A DNA stretch of 64,000 bases, from positions 124,064,001-124,128,000 of the forward strand of contig NW_024704742.1 in the NCBI RefSeq assembly GCF_018977255.1, written 5' to 3'. The notes beneath the pieces were generated by a model, which searched no databases, was not told where the DNA came from, and saw nothing but the letters and a program-made list of their open reading frames with translations. Made by a program: the position numbers and the translations under genes. Positions within the stretch are counted from its first letter, which is position 1; each line of letters starts with the position of its first letter. This document shows positions 50,727 to 63,499 of the stretch, one piece after another. This stretch comes from Callorhinchus milii (taxonomy: Eukaryota).

Positions 50727-52232
50727 GTTATCACTCCCACTTTGAAAAAACCCTCCCTTGATGCGTCGCAGCTATCAAGCTACCGGCCCATCTCCAACCT
50801 CCCCTCCCTGTCCAAGGTCCTTGAAAGAGTTGTCGCCTCCCAGCTGCGCTCCACCGATTCATTATTCGAAGCCCTTCAGTCGGGTTTCTGTGCTGCCCAT
50901 AGCACAGAAACCGCCCTGGTCAAGGTCACCAATGACACCTTGACCATCTGCGACCAGGGCTCCCTCTGCCTCCTCGTCTTCCTTGACCTATTGGCCGCAT
51001 TCGATACAGTCGACCACGCTATCCTCCTCCACCGCTTGTCCTCCCACCTCAACCTTGAAGGCCTTGTCCTTGAGTGGTTTAGGTCCTACCTCTCCCACTG
51101 TCTTCATTTTGTTTCCACAAATGGCTTTTCCTCCAGCCTCCGCACTGTCTCGTTGGTGTTCCTCGGGGCTCTGTCCTCGGTCCCCTTCTCTTCACCCTCT
51201 ATATGCTCCCCCTTGGTGACATCATCTGCAGACATGGGGTTAACTTCCACATGTATGCAGATGACACCCAACTCCACCTTTCCTCCTCTACCCTCAACTC
51301 CACGACCACCGATGTCCTGACAGCTGCCTGTCCAACATCGAGTCCTGGACAAGAGACAACTTTCTTCAGCTCAACGTGCGAAAAACCGAGGCCCTCCTGA
51401 TTGGCTCGCGTCAGCGCCTCCGCACCTCAGGCGCTGACAGCATCAGCATCCAAGGCTGCACTCTCCACCTCTCAAAGCCAGTCAGGAACTTCGGGGTTCT
51501 GTTTGACCCTGAGCTGTCCTTTCTCCCTCATATCCGCACCACAACTGGCACCGCCTTCCATCACCTCTGAAACATCGCCCGACTACGGCACTACCTCACC
51601 CCTCACGCTGCTGAAACTCTGGTTCACGCCTTTATCACCTCAAGGCTGGACTATGGGAACTCTCTCCTCGCCGGCCTTCCCGGCACCTCCCTCCACAAGC
51701 TGCAGGTCATTCAGAACTCTGCAGCTCGTGTACTGTCCCGCACCAGGCTTCGGGACCACATCACTCCCACCCTCGCTCGGCTCCACTGGCTCCCCATCCC
51801 CCAGAGGATCGAATTCAAGATCCTCATCCTCACCTACAAGACCATTCACGGCCTTGCTCCCTCCTACCTCTCTGACCTACTATCCCCCTACTTACCTGCC
51901 TGTACCCTCCGTTCCTCTGGCTCCGGTCTGCTCCACATCCCCCGCCCCAACCGCCCTACCATCGGTGGCCGGGCCTTCAGCCCTTAGGCTCTGGAACTCC
52001 ATTCCCCAATGCCTTCGCCTTGCTTCCTCCCTTTCCTCTCAAGGCCGGTCTCAAGACCTTTCTCTTTGACCGTGCCTTCAGCTCCCCTCTCGACTCTCTA
52101 CCTCCTCCTCGCTCCCTCCCTTCCCTCCCCTCACCCTGACCGTTTCCCCCCTGCTCAGGTCCCGACCCAACTGTCCAGCGCCTTGGGACGTCCTCCTGAC
52201 GTGAAAGGCGCTCTATAAATGAAATCTTATTG
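50727..52232 (+). mobile_element. L2 LINE, 5'-truncated, young; sister of 2963-4443
   Basis: KKPSLD...YRPISNL...HMYADDTQL; long stretches identical to 2963-4443. Confidence 0.93.
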
Positions 52233-52779
52233 TATATGGGGCTCTGAGTCTCACAACATTGACCCTATTGCACCCGTGTGATATTTGATATGTATTCTTT
52301 ACTCTCCCGACCACAATGTCCCAGAGTTTAGAAATAAATAATTCTTGGGTTTAATACAGGATCCTTCAAGGCAGTAGTACGTCTCAAAGTGCTTCAGAGG
52401 ATTTACTGTAAAGTGTATTGATTGTATTTTGCAAACGGCTGACAAAGTACAATTCATATGCTCAACAATCATTAGACTCTTTTTTTTGCTAGGGTCGATT
52501 TACAGGCTTGTCTCCAGAGAACATACGCCATGAGAATTAGTGCCTCAGCCATCTGTGCAGCCTAACCCCGCCTGTAATTAAATATTACGTTATTTTGTGT
52601 TATTTTAATTTCAGTTCTACTGCAGATTTTATGTTTAAATCTTCAGTCGTCCCAAGGCTTTTGCTGGATTGAAATTATTCCTGGTTATAACTGTGGGCTA
52701 AACATGACTAGGAACAATTCCCATTCAATCTTGAACTAAACAAATGGGAACAGTGCAAATGGTGTGAACTGTTTTTTTT

Positions 52780-53035
52780 GGTCAGCCGGATGTCTGATGC
52801 ATGCAAACATCCATCACCATGCTTAAGTGTATCCAAACCAAACTGAGATTTCCATGCATCCCACCTACACATGGAAATTCCAAAGCTACTTATCGGAATG
52901 GAACGCACACTCTTTCCCTAGAGGGATGCTTCTTGCTTACCTAATTCCGGAAAGTATTAGGCATAGTATGGTAAGAGCCAAGGCTTGGGGAGCCCCAGAG
53001 TGTGCGTTGGGGTAACTGCTGGAGTCTAACCAGTT
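52780..53035 (+). repeat. Unclassified dispersed repeat, copy of the 17970-18212 family
   Basis: Colinear similarity to 17970-18212. Confidence 0.8.
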
Positions 53036-55639
53036 AAAATAACAACAACTTGCATTTAAACCCCTATAGCTTGCCATTGATATCGCTGTCTGGCAAGCTT
53101 TCCCGCTGGTTGCCCAGTTGGACCACTCTATCCATTAGGGCTTTGGCTTGCAGAGTTAACAGGAGCTGAGTGGGATGACTCCCTGCCCCTAGTGACTGGT
53201 TTGTCCTTCCAAGTCCTGCCGATGGATAGTCACTGGCCATTTGACATGCAACAAGCATGGGTTTGAGCCCTAACTAGGCGGATGGTAGGTACCAGGAATT
53301 CCCTCCGAGCTTCCTGGTGGGCAACACAGCTCAGCACGAAATACATGAGAGCCGACAGGGTGAAATGTTGGGCAACTGTTTACCTAGCCGTAAGTAGGAA
53401 CCCGGTTGTTAGTTGATTGGCTGATTTTGCTTTTCCAGGGATAATAATTCCTTTAAAAAATTTGGTCACTTCAATCCACAACTGTTTGTGGGACACTGCT
53501 GTGTGCAATTGGCTGCCAATTTTCACCCACAAAATTGTCCCGTCTCTCCTCTTTTTCAAGTCTCGCCTGAAGAACTTCCTCTTCGACCGTGCTTACAGCC
53601 AACTCCACGCCCACTCCCGCCCAACTTGGAGTCAGGCTCCGCCACTTTTAAGTGCTCTGTGACACTATATAAGTGCAAGTTATTGTTGTTGTTGAATCAA
53701 TCAATATGTTAGTGAAAATAATCCTTGCAATTGATATGACACTTTTAATATATCAACAGCAATGTATCTCAGACAGTCATGAAGTGAATGATCAATTTTA
53801 TCTGGAGGATTGTTGGCAAGGACACCATAAGAAACTCCCTGTCTGACACATGCAGACAGGGAATCTCAATGTAACACCTCATCTGAATGATAGCACCTCT
53901 GACAATGCAGTGAATCTACAACTTTCTCACCAGAGACTAACAACTGGGCCCGGTTTCCTTGAAACAGGAAAATGTCCAAGTGGAGGTGGCATAATATGGT
54001 GATGGGTTTCCACATATGCCAGACATCCAGCAGACCACAAAATGCCACTTAAATATTATGAGGTCACTAAATTCAATGCATCCTAGCACTAAAAGTGTGA
54101 ATTGTCACAAAACAGCATAGCAACTTTTACCCTCTTATTGCCCAATCCCCTTTTCCTAGAGAAACTCAGTTTATGTCTCTTGAACCTATTTACGCCATAT
54201 AATCCACTAGTTTTCTCTGGTATCTTATTCTGCAGTTCTACAATTGTATGATTCAAAACATATCATCTGGCTTCCTTAATTTCTCCCAACTTTCACGTTT
54301 CACACATGTGTTGTCTTAGAAGTGCTAGCTCTTGCTGTGTCAGCGTCTTGGGACATCCTCCCGATGTGAAAAACGCTCTATAAATGCAATTTGTTGTTGT
54401 TGTACAGTTGCATAGGTGCCAGGTACCCTCCATACTTCATCTAAGTGGCCATTCTTAATGCTTGGGTCCATTTAATATTCCCATCACAGAAATCACGGTA
54501 ACCTGTAGAGCAGCTGTTAATTCTGTATCTCTATCCCTGTATCCTCTAACACTGTTCTCAAGCAGCTACTAAATCCAGTCCTTGTTGAAAGAGTTAATCA
54601 GGAGCAACTGCTTTTGTTCAGTCTGTTCCACAGATTCACTGCTCTGTTGCAAACAAATCTTCTAAACTCTTGTCTCGCTTGAAACTTTTTATTAATTTCA
54701 CTTTCACAATCTAAGTCAAATAGCTTGCTTACAACTACAGCGTATTTGCTTCTCATTATTATAAAATGCTGGATCAAATTTATTGATGGGACGTTAAGCC
54801 CAGCGTACTGAGTTCTATTGAACTCTGCCGCCCACATCCTTGCCTGCACCAATCTCCACAAACCTCTGCATGCCAATCTAGGCTCCACCTGCTCCCTGTC
54901 CCAACAGATCAACTTCAAGGTGCTCACACTACCGATAAATCCCTTCATGTCCTAGCACCTCCCTATCTCTCTAACCTTCTCCTGCTCCATTCTTCTGCTT
55001 TTCCCCTCTGCTTGGTTAGGTGGGGCTGCTGCACATCCTCTGCCAATGGAGCCAATGGAACTTTGGCAAGGATTGGCACTAGGCATGCAGAGCCTTGAGT
55101 GCAAGTGAACTCTGGCTGCAAATTTCTGGATCCATTAAAGCTTCTGGAGAGCGGAGGTGGGGAAGCGGCAAGAAAGGAGAGCATTGGAAAAAGCTGTCCT
55201 CAAAGTCACAAAATCATGGATAAAGGTTTCAGCTGCAGAGGCACAGAAGGAGAAACACTAACTCACTTTAAGATTTGGCACTGAGCACATAACCTCATCA
55301 ACCACATGATTTCAGACATTCCTGTCACATTCAAGTCGATATCTAATAATAGATTGTTTGGCAGTCTGGAGCCGAGGACTCTGCTGTCTGGAGTGAGAAT
55401 GATCAAGGTCCTAAACCGCAAATCAAAAGCAGCAGCTTCATTTTCATATCGCAAACTTTCAGGAGGAATTTATTTTCGCTATGTTTTAAACATTTTTATT
55501 TTAATTTACACTAAATTTTCTAATGTGAGCTGAACAGAGATTCTATAAGTTTCCTTTTTTGTTTCTATTGTTTTCAAATGTAGCCAATAAGTGAAGACAA
55601 AGGAGAAGTTCGATGCACAAGGAGAAACTTACTTTTTTA

Positions 55640-56095
55640 GCTTCTTATCACATGTCAAAGTGTTCACCAGTAATAACTGTTAAGAGTCGCGACATTTTTG
55701 TAGACAGCTCATCATGACAGGAGGTCCCACAAATAGACATTAGATGAATGATCATTTAATCTTTAGGATTGTTGGCCAGGATACCAGGAGAAACTCCCTC
55801 CTCTTTTAAAATAGTGACATAGGATCTTTAACATCAACCTACAGACAGACATGTTGGTTAAATATGTCAACTCAATTTACTACCTCTGATAACCTATTCG
55901 GTATAGTGCCTTATCACGATGTCGACACGTCTCAAAGTACTTCACAGGATTTACACTAAATTGTCGTTTTTGTGCATTTTTTGGCAGCTAGTTTGTGCAT
56001 AGTTATTTCCTACAAGCAGCCATGGGTTGAATGACCAATTTTATCTGGGGAATTGTTATCCAGGACACTGGAGAAACTCCCTGTTTTTTTGAATA
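55640..56095 (-). mobile_element. Two tandem degenerate DeuSINE fragments
   Basis: GTTGGCCAGGA.ACCAGGAGAAACTCCC motif occurs twice, each with an L2-type tail. Confidence 0.6.
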
Positions 56096-56466
56096 GCACG
56101 CCAGTGCACTGGAACTCAGGAACTATCCCTTCCTACCCATCTACAATGGCTAGAAATTCCATCTGAGTCAAGATTTACTTAATTTTTTTAGCATTTTTCT
56201 TAGTATTTCACAGCATCCAGAATTTGGAAAATTCTTAAATATAGTCTTAATTTTCACGCTGGTTTCCTGAAAACATTTTTTAAAAGAATATCTGGAATTC
56301 TGGATGCTCTGAAATGCTAAACAAAAATGTAATAAATCTAGACCCAGCTGAAATTTCTACCCATGGAATCCTGAATAGTTTAATAGATTCTCCCCTGAGC
56401 CTTCTCCTATTTAGTGTGAACATTCCCAGTTTCTGGAAGCTATATAATATCATAATAATCCTTGCA

Positions 56467-56574
56467 TTTGATATAGCTCCCTCCCCTTTTAACTCCCTCT
56501 CATTTACTTCAGCTGGAATCTAATTCCAGCTGAAGTAAATGGGAGGGAGTTAAGAGGGAGGGAGCTATATCAAA
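56467..56574. repeat. Near-perfect palindrome (52-53 bp arms, 3-nt loop CTA)
   Basis: TTTGATATAGCTCCCTCCC...CAGCTGGAAT-CTA-ATTCCAGCTG...GGGAGGGAGCTATATCAAA; 2 mismatches and 1 indel. Confidence 0.92.
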
Positions 56575-56734
56575 GAGTTTCTCCAGTGTCCTGGAATCTA
56601 ATTCCAGCTAATAATCTAGTTGCTCTTCATTTTACCGTTTATTGCCAAGATATGTTTCTTGTAATATGGCCGCCAGAAACCTATGCATTTCTCTAGATGA
56701 GTTATAATAATAAATAATATAATAATCCTTCTTC

Positions 56735-57122
56735 CTCCCTACTTCTGTGATCTGCTAATGCCATATAGACCTGTCCGCTTCCTCCGCTCAGTGGGTTCTG
56801 GCCTTCTTTGTGTCCCCTGCCCAGCGAGCCCCACTATCAGCGTTCGGGCCTTCAGCCTCTCTGCCCCCCCACCCTTGGAACTCCATCCCATGCATGGCGA
56901 TGAAACTCCATCCCACAACCTCGCTCCCTCACTTGCCTCCTTGAAGGCCCATCTCAAGACCCTTCTCTTTGATTGCACCTTCGGTCACCCCCCTACCCTC
57001 CCTAACCTCCACCCTCCATGATCTCAACCCTCGCTTGGGTCCAAATACCTGACTCCAGCACCTTGGGATGTCCTCCTGACATGAAAGGTGATATACAAAT
57101 GTAATTTGTTGTTGTTTCTGTT
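56735..57122 (+). mobile_element. L2 3' fragment
   Basis: LRSVGSGLL...LKAHLKTLLFD followed by the tail. Confidence 0.83.
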
Positions 57123-57747
57123 GCCTAAGTATGCCTGCTGGTTCCTGTACGCCTGTATGTTTCCTTAGGTACAACTGTGTGATTGGACCCAGACTTGGTG
57201 CCTTGTTCTCCTTCAAGGTCTTGTCAGTCAACTCTTGATTCAAAACATCTAGTATTTCTGGAGTCGCCTCTATGTTCTCTAACAATATATATTGCCTGTG
57301 CAAATTGTACTACTTCCTGCTGGTAGGTCACAGAGCAGCATTGAGGGTGGTCACAGGATTTCCTGCTGTTCCAGTCCAGCTTTGTCATGTTTATATAGTT
57401 AAGTGCTTGAGCTAAACATTTTGGTTCTAGAATTGCAGGTGCCAAATGATCAATTACAGTATATTGGAACATTGCATGAATGTGGAAATGACTATTTTCA
57501 CCATTCAAATATAGAAAGCAGATGCATCAACAATTACCTGGTTAATGCTTATCCACATGATCCTTAAACACATCATGTATTCTCTTGTGTCTCTATGACT
57601 CAATTCCCTGACCTCTTGCAGTTCTGCCGAATAACAGTATTTTTTGTTTGTATCCTCCTCAATTGAGTTTTATTAAAAATTCCCTTTTCCATTCATAGTA
57701 CCGTACTTATTTAATTTTCGGCAAGCAATTCTCTTCATAATATTATA

Positions 57748-58187
57748 CAGGGTGACCAAAAAGTTGTGATACAATTAACAACAACAACAACAAAATTACA
57801 TTTATAAGGCGCCTTTCACATCGGGAGGACGTCCCAAAGCGCTGATCAGTCAGGTGTCGGGGCCCGAGCGTGGGGGAGGGGTGGTGTAGGGAAGGCAGAG
57901 AGGTGGGAGGGAGACCAGAGGCACAGTCGAAGAGAAGGATCTTGAGACCGGCCTTGAAGGAGGCAAGGGAGGAAGCGAGGCGAAGGGACTGTGGGATGGA
58001 GTTTCAGAGTGTGGGGGCAGAGAGACTGAAAACCCGGCCACCAATGGTAGGGCGGGTTGGGCGGAACACATGGAGCAGGCCGGAGCCCGATGAAAGGAAT
58101 TAAAATGTCTGAGTCTTAAAGAAATTATGATATTTGGGGATTTTTTTTAGATAATAGGGTAAATATCATAACTTTTTGTTCACCATG
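57748..58187. mobile_element. Tc1/mariner-type MITE interrupted by an L2 3' fragment (57779-58098, -)
   Basis: TIR CAGGGTGACCAAAAAGTTGTGATA versus the reverse complement of 58164-58187 (21/24 match); TA on the left flank. Confidence 0.72.
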
Positions 58188-58268
58188 CATATGCAGTATA
58201 TATACATTTACACTATAACCAGTCTAGTTAGTTATTGAGGAAAATATTTTGTTGACATATTTCCCTAT

Positions 58269-58494
58269 AAGTGGTCATGGTGTTAGCCTGAATACCACTG
58301 TCTTAAAATTTAAAATTGTATGAATTTTCGAAATCGCTTGAATTTGTTCTCAATTTGGAAACAAGTCTTCCACAATCTTAAAATGAATTGCTGAAAAACT
58401 GCTTCCAAATTCAGTTTGAATTTAAAATTTTCCAAAGATTCAGATGATTTTAAATTTTAAGACAATTGTGCTAAGGCTAAAACCATGACAACTT
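58269..58494. repeat. Palindromic (fold-back) MITE-like element
   Basis: GT.GTCATGGT.TTAGCCT...TGTCTTAAAATTTAAAAT...AATTTGGAA.CA arms mirrored around ~58380. Confidence 0.8.
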
Positions 58495-58643
58495 TCAACC
58501 TCAGACTTTAGGATAAAAGTGTTCCAGATTGCGATTGATAAGATTCATTTGAAGCAATGGCTGAAATAAAGCTACTGTATCTCTTGTGCTGTCTCTTAAA
58601 GTATATCCTCTGTATACATTAAGATTAGAACCATTGCGTAAAG

Positions 58644-58866
58644 CAGTGGTAGCCAACTCTTTGGATCGGCCAACAAAATTAATTTTCTTGACTGAATATT
58701 TCTTGATTAACCCCATAAATCAAGAAATATTCAATCAAGAAAAAATTGGAAACAAAACATTGATTTAAAACAGACTCAGCTAGACTAGTGTAAATGTTCA
58801 GCGGGCCACTTCTTGATGGTCCCGCGGGTCACTTCTGGCACGTGGGCTATGAGTTCACCACCACTG
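58644..58866. mobile_element. hAT-Charlie-type MITE
   Basis: TIRs CAGTGGTAGCCAACTC / GAGTTCACCACCACTG; 8-bp flanks GCGTAAAG and GTCTAAAG; subterminal GCGGGCC motifs. Confidence 0.7.
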
Positions 58867-59599
58867 GTCTAAAGGAAGGAAAACGATAGGATCAATGTCC
58901 CTTTAAGAGCTTAATGTAATCTTACAAATGCAAAATAATCTTCCCCCACTGCACATTATAGTCTGGGCCAAAGGCCAGATTTTGTTCCTGCAGGGTACAG
59001 CATGCTTACACAGCAAAGGAACATATTCAAGATAAATAATGAGATCTAAGTATTCCAAACCAAACGTTGTGGTGGGAGATCAGAAACTCAGTATGTGACA
59101 AATAAACCACAATCTAGCTTTCTTCCTCATTTGTTTTTTATCCTTAAGCATTGGCACAACATTACACTGCTAAAATAGAAGGGAGCTGTTTATGAATTAA
59201 GTGTTCAGGGCGGAAACACTATCTTCTTTCAAAGATACTTCAGAACAATTGCTGCACCTCAATATCTTCTGGGAAGCTTCTAAGACTTTGAAAGAAAGAA
59301 CTTACTTGGATGATTACCTTTGATCACATTGAAAAGTTCTTTCCAGTGATTACTGTTGAGTGTATTGGTTGTTTTTGTAAGTTAATATGGCATCCATTTT
59401 GCACACAACAAAATCCTACAAACAGCTATGAAATGAATGAGCATTTAGAGAATTGATAGCCGTGACCATGCAAGAAACCCCCTTCTCTTTCCAAATATAG
59501 TTCTATCCAGCCCCTTGGGACAACATCCCGACCTGATAGCATACAAATGCAGTTTGTTTGTTTGTTGTTGTTGTCCACCTGAACAGATAGATTGACCTT

Positions 59600-59983
59600 A
59601 GTTTATAATAATAATTCTAGAATCCTTGCATTTGATATAGTGCCTTATCACACTGAAGCGCTTCACAGAATAACATCTAAAGTGAATTCACCGTATATCC
59701 ACAGTTGTGGATTGAGTAACCAAATTATTATTTTTATTTATTTATGTATTTATCTGTTTGTTTGAAGGGATTATTATTCCCCAGAATGCAATCCTCAAAT
59801 CGACTAACAAATGGGTTCCTTTTGACTGCTAGGTAAACAGAGGCGTGTAGAGTAAGGAAACATGCCCAGCATTTTGCACTGCATGGGAATCAAACCCAGG
59901 TCCTCTCGCTTGCGAGGCGAGTGCTCTAACCACTAAGCTACAGAGCTCCACTAGTGCTCTAACCACAAAGCTACAGGCCTCCA
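59600..59983 (-). mobile_element. tRNA/Deu-L2 SINE with a duplicated 5' head
   Basis: AGTGCTCTAACCAC.AAGCTACAG..CTCCA occurs twice (59920-59950 and 59953-59983). Confidence 0.8.
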
Positions 59984-61299
59984 AATTGCCATGCACAAGT
60001 GCTGGAAAATATATGTGTGTGAATGTCAGATGAAGTCACATTTGAAATCATCGTGTTGTACACCACTTTAATAGAATGACTGTATATGTCTATGGAAGGA
60101 GAACGCTTTGTGTGCTTAATAGGTCTTTTCTCATTTCAGGCTTTCATATCCTGATTGGGGGAGACCCTTACAACAACAACTTGCATTTATATAGTGCTCT
60201 TCATGTGGGGTAGTGTTTCAGAACGTTTAACAATGGCAGAGCTTGACACCGACCCAGGGAGAAAGGAGAGGTGACCGTAGATACGATCAAAGCAAAAGGT
60301 ATAGGCATGGGGGGGGGGGGTCCCTTAATTTGGAAGGGTACAGACATCCTGTTGCAGATACAAGGCAGCTTTTGACATCCACCACATATTTGCATCTTTA
60401 GGTGGTCCATCAGATCCATACCTACCCAAAAATCTATAAGACAGGTCCACTTGGCATTGATGGTGACAAAGAGGCGAGTCCATCTGGCCTGGAAATGGAA
60501 TACAACCCCACCTATTGAACAGTGGCAGATTGCCATTGAGCATGAAAATATTCTGAAATATTTTAGCAGATGTGAGATCTTTTAAAGAAATCCCTGGATG
60601 TCTCAGGGGAGTGGGGAGCTAAGTGCTGCATATGGTCGTATCAGGATGAATGATTCCATTTCAGAAGGGGTCAGTGGTATAAGGGGAAAGTGCATCATGT
60701 TCAGAGGAAGCTATGTTAAACTTTAAATTTGTTCATGAAAATGCACTACTGTATCACATAAATTATTAGCTTAAGTCACTAAATTAGATCAACAAGGGGA
60801 ACCAGAGGGAAAACAGGCTTAGAAGTATAGAAATCTTCAGCACAGAAGGATACACTCAGTTCATCTTGTCTGTTTGGTTGACACAATCACTCTTTTCTTT
60901 ATAAAAGTCACTTTCCAGTTCTTCACTGTTTCCCTTAATATGTATGCTTCTCAGATGCTTATCCAGGTCCTTTTTGAATAATTGTATTATCATCCAGATA
61001 GCTTTACCAAGGAAAGAGGGTGGAAAAGGAAAAATGAAAGTGGAAAAGAGAAAGCATGTACACCATACAGTACAATAAACACATACTCGGCTTTTGTTAT
61101 TTATTACAAAATTTTATATGAATCAAAAAGTAGTACATGTAAAAATTTATTTAGATCATGCATTTATATATCATTGTACACATTATACAATGTACACGTT
61201 ATAAATATATTTCCCTTAATATGTTATTGATTTACAAAATGCAAATAGCATTTCTGATGTGAATCTTCAGTAAACTAAATAAGTATGTGTATGTGTCAA

Positions 61300-61680
61300 C
61301 CTTGCTCAGTTAATAAACTCTTGCCTCTGGGTCAGAAGGTTGTGGGTTCAAGCCCTAAATTGCGATGTAAACTCACACAGTCTATGCTGACACTCCAATG
61401 CAGTGTTGCATTGTCGGAGGTTCAGTCCTTCAGGTAATACAATAAAACCGAGGTCTTGTCTGTCTGTTCAGGTGGATTTTAGAGATTCAAAAAGAGAAGG
61501 AAGTTTCTCCTGGTGTCCTGGCCAACAATCCACAAAATAAAATTTGGTCATTCATTTCATGGCTGTTTGTAGGACTTGGCTGCTGCTGCATTTGCCCACA
61601 GTAAATCCTGTTAAGTGCTCTGAGACATCCTCCTAACTAGAAAGACACTACACCAAACATAAGGATTATTATTATTAATA
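61300..61680 (+). mobile_element. DeuSINE (SacSINE1-like), near full length
   Basis: CTCTTGCCTCTG.GTCAGAAGGTTGTGGGTTCAAGCCC...GCTGACACTCCA.TGCAGT...AAACCGAGG...CTCCTGGTGTCCTGGCCAAC followed by the tail. Confidence 0.75.
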
Positions 61681-62645
61681 ATAAGTAACAGTATAGAAAT
61701 ATGAGCATGTCTCTTCATTTAAAAACAGTAAAATCATAAGCTTTTTTTATGCTATTGAAGTGCTAATCTGGTCTGCAAAAAGGGTTAAAATGTTTGAGTT
61801 GCAGGCTTCATCTGGAATTCACAGGGAAAAATATGGGTTAAATCCAAATATTTACTTATGGCTGAATAGAACTCTAAAATTTGAGAATTAATTAGTTTTG
61901 GTCACATGAGTCAGGGACAGCCAGCACTTCACCAGCTGCAGTCAGTAACTAACACTGTGTGCACATTCAATGTGAACAAGGCATACTGAGAAAGATAATT
62001 TAGTGGTGATAAGATCAGTGAGACAGATTTGTTATTGAAAATAGTTCATAATCCTAGAAATAATTTAGCAATCTGAGAGAGTTACATTTACCAGGTGCTC
62101 CTGGAAAAGGGAAATTGGCAGGTACTGTCATGCCACAATCTGTAGGCTGCTGTTGTGTAGCCAATGTTCCTCGATGAGCAGAATGGTCTCTGGCACTTGG
62201 GACAATGAATTTTTCAATATTCAAAACAAGAAATGTAATCAGCGACTCCTGATAGTAACTGAGCAGGTGTCACAATATCCCGCGGGAACTCCACTTTGGT
62301 GGTAGATCTTATCAGAGCAGAGCTCCTTGGGTCGGCATGATGTACCCCCAATTACCACGCAGATTTGATATTAGCAAATATGTGTCGCTGTTTGAAACTT
62401 CTTTGTGAACATAATTATTTAAATCCCATTGATATCAAAAGATACTTATCTAAAATAAGTTTCGTACTCATGTTTCATTCTGTGTCAAATATATTTGCCT
62501 TGAACTTAAAATAAGCCAGAGAGCCCTGGTAAAAAAATTATGCAATGTAAATTTTATCCAGTAAAATCTTACAAATGGTGCTTCGATCTGAAATTTGAAA
62601 TTATTCTCTTCTATCAGATAGAAGTTGGGGATATTTTACAAAACT

Positions 62646-62727
62646 CTGTTCTACAAACAAAACGTGCGTTTTTACTCTTCAGTATACTGTTCTACAAACA
62701 AAACGTGCGTTTTTACTCTTCAGTATA
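62646..62727. repeat. Perfect 41-bp tandem duplication
   Basis: CTGTTCTACAAACAAAACGTGCGTTTTTACTCTTCAGTATA x2. Confidence 0.95.
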
Positions 62728-63499
62728 CGTTGTTTTTGTCTTGCTCCTGTTGCACTTTTGTATGTATGCAATCAAGTTCATTTTCCATAAGGGATGGTTT
62801 TTAACTATATTTTACACAAAATATTTCTTAAACATATTTGCCGAATGAATCAATCTCCTCTGTAATTAAATTATTTTTAGCCTCTAGTTTCTATCCAAAC
62901 CAAAGGGGGAAAAAAACACCCTGGAATATCCTGGTTCTTCCATCTGCTGGGCACAGATAGTGAGAAACAGACAAAGGTAAACTACAACATTTAAATAAGA
63001 CCTATTTCAGAAATGACTTTTCTAGAAGTGGCTCTCTGTATTTCTTTAATGAGTCTAATTTTTTTATAGATTAACAGGATACAGAAGTAACTTATGCCAA
63101 ACAGCAGGTGGTAGGGAATTCTAATGAGATTTCTTTACAATGGGAATTCTGACAAAATTCCAAAATACCACAAATAAGGCCCTAAGATAAATGTACACCC
63201 AATAACCCAAATTCAGATCCCAAGGTTGTTCCCAAGGTCCCAAGGTTGTTCCTGTATAATGATTAAAAAATTGTTACATTTGATATAACGACTTTCATGT
63301 CAGAAGGATTTCTCAAAGTCCTTCACAGGATTTACTGTAAAGTTAAGTGATTGTATATAGGAGTAGGAGTACATACATATGTTACACTATAATTGTTAAC
63401 CTGGGGAAAAGAGCCAGTGAAAAGTGATTATTTTAACTTCTAAAATGAAGTGTGTAAAATTTGACAGTGTGTAAACAGAACAGAGTAACTGAGTGGCAT

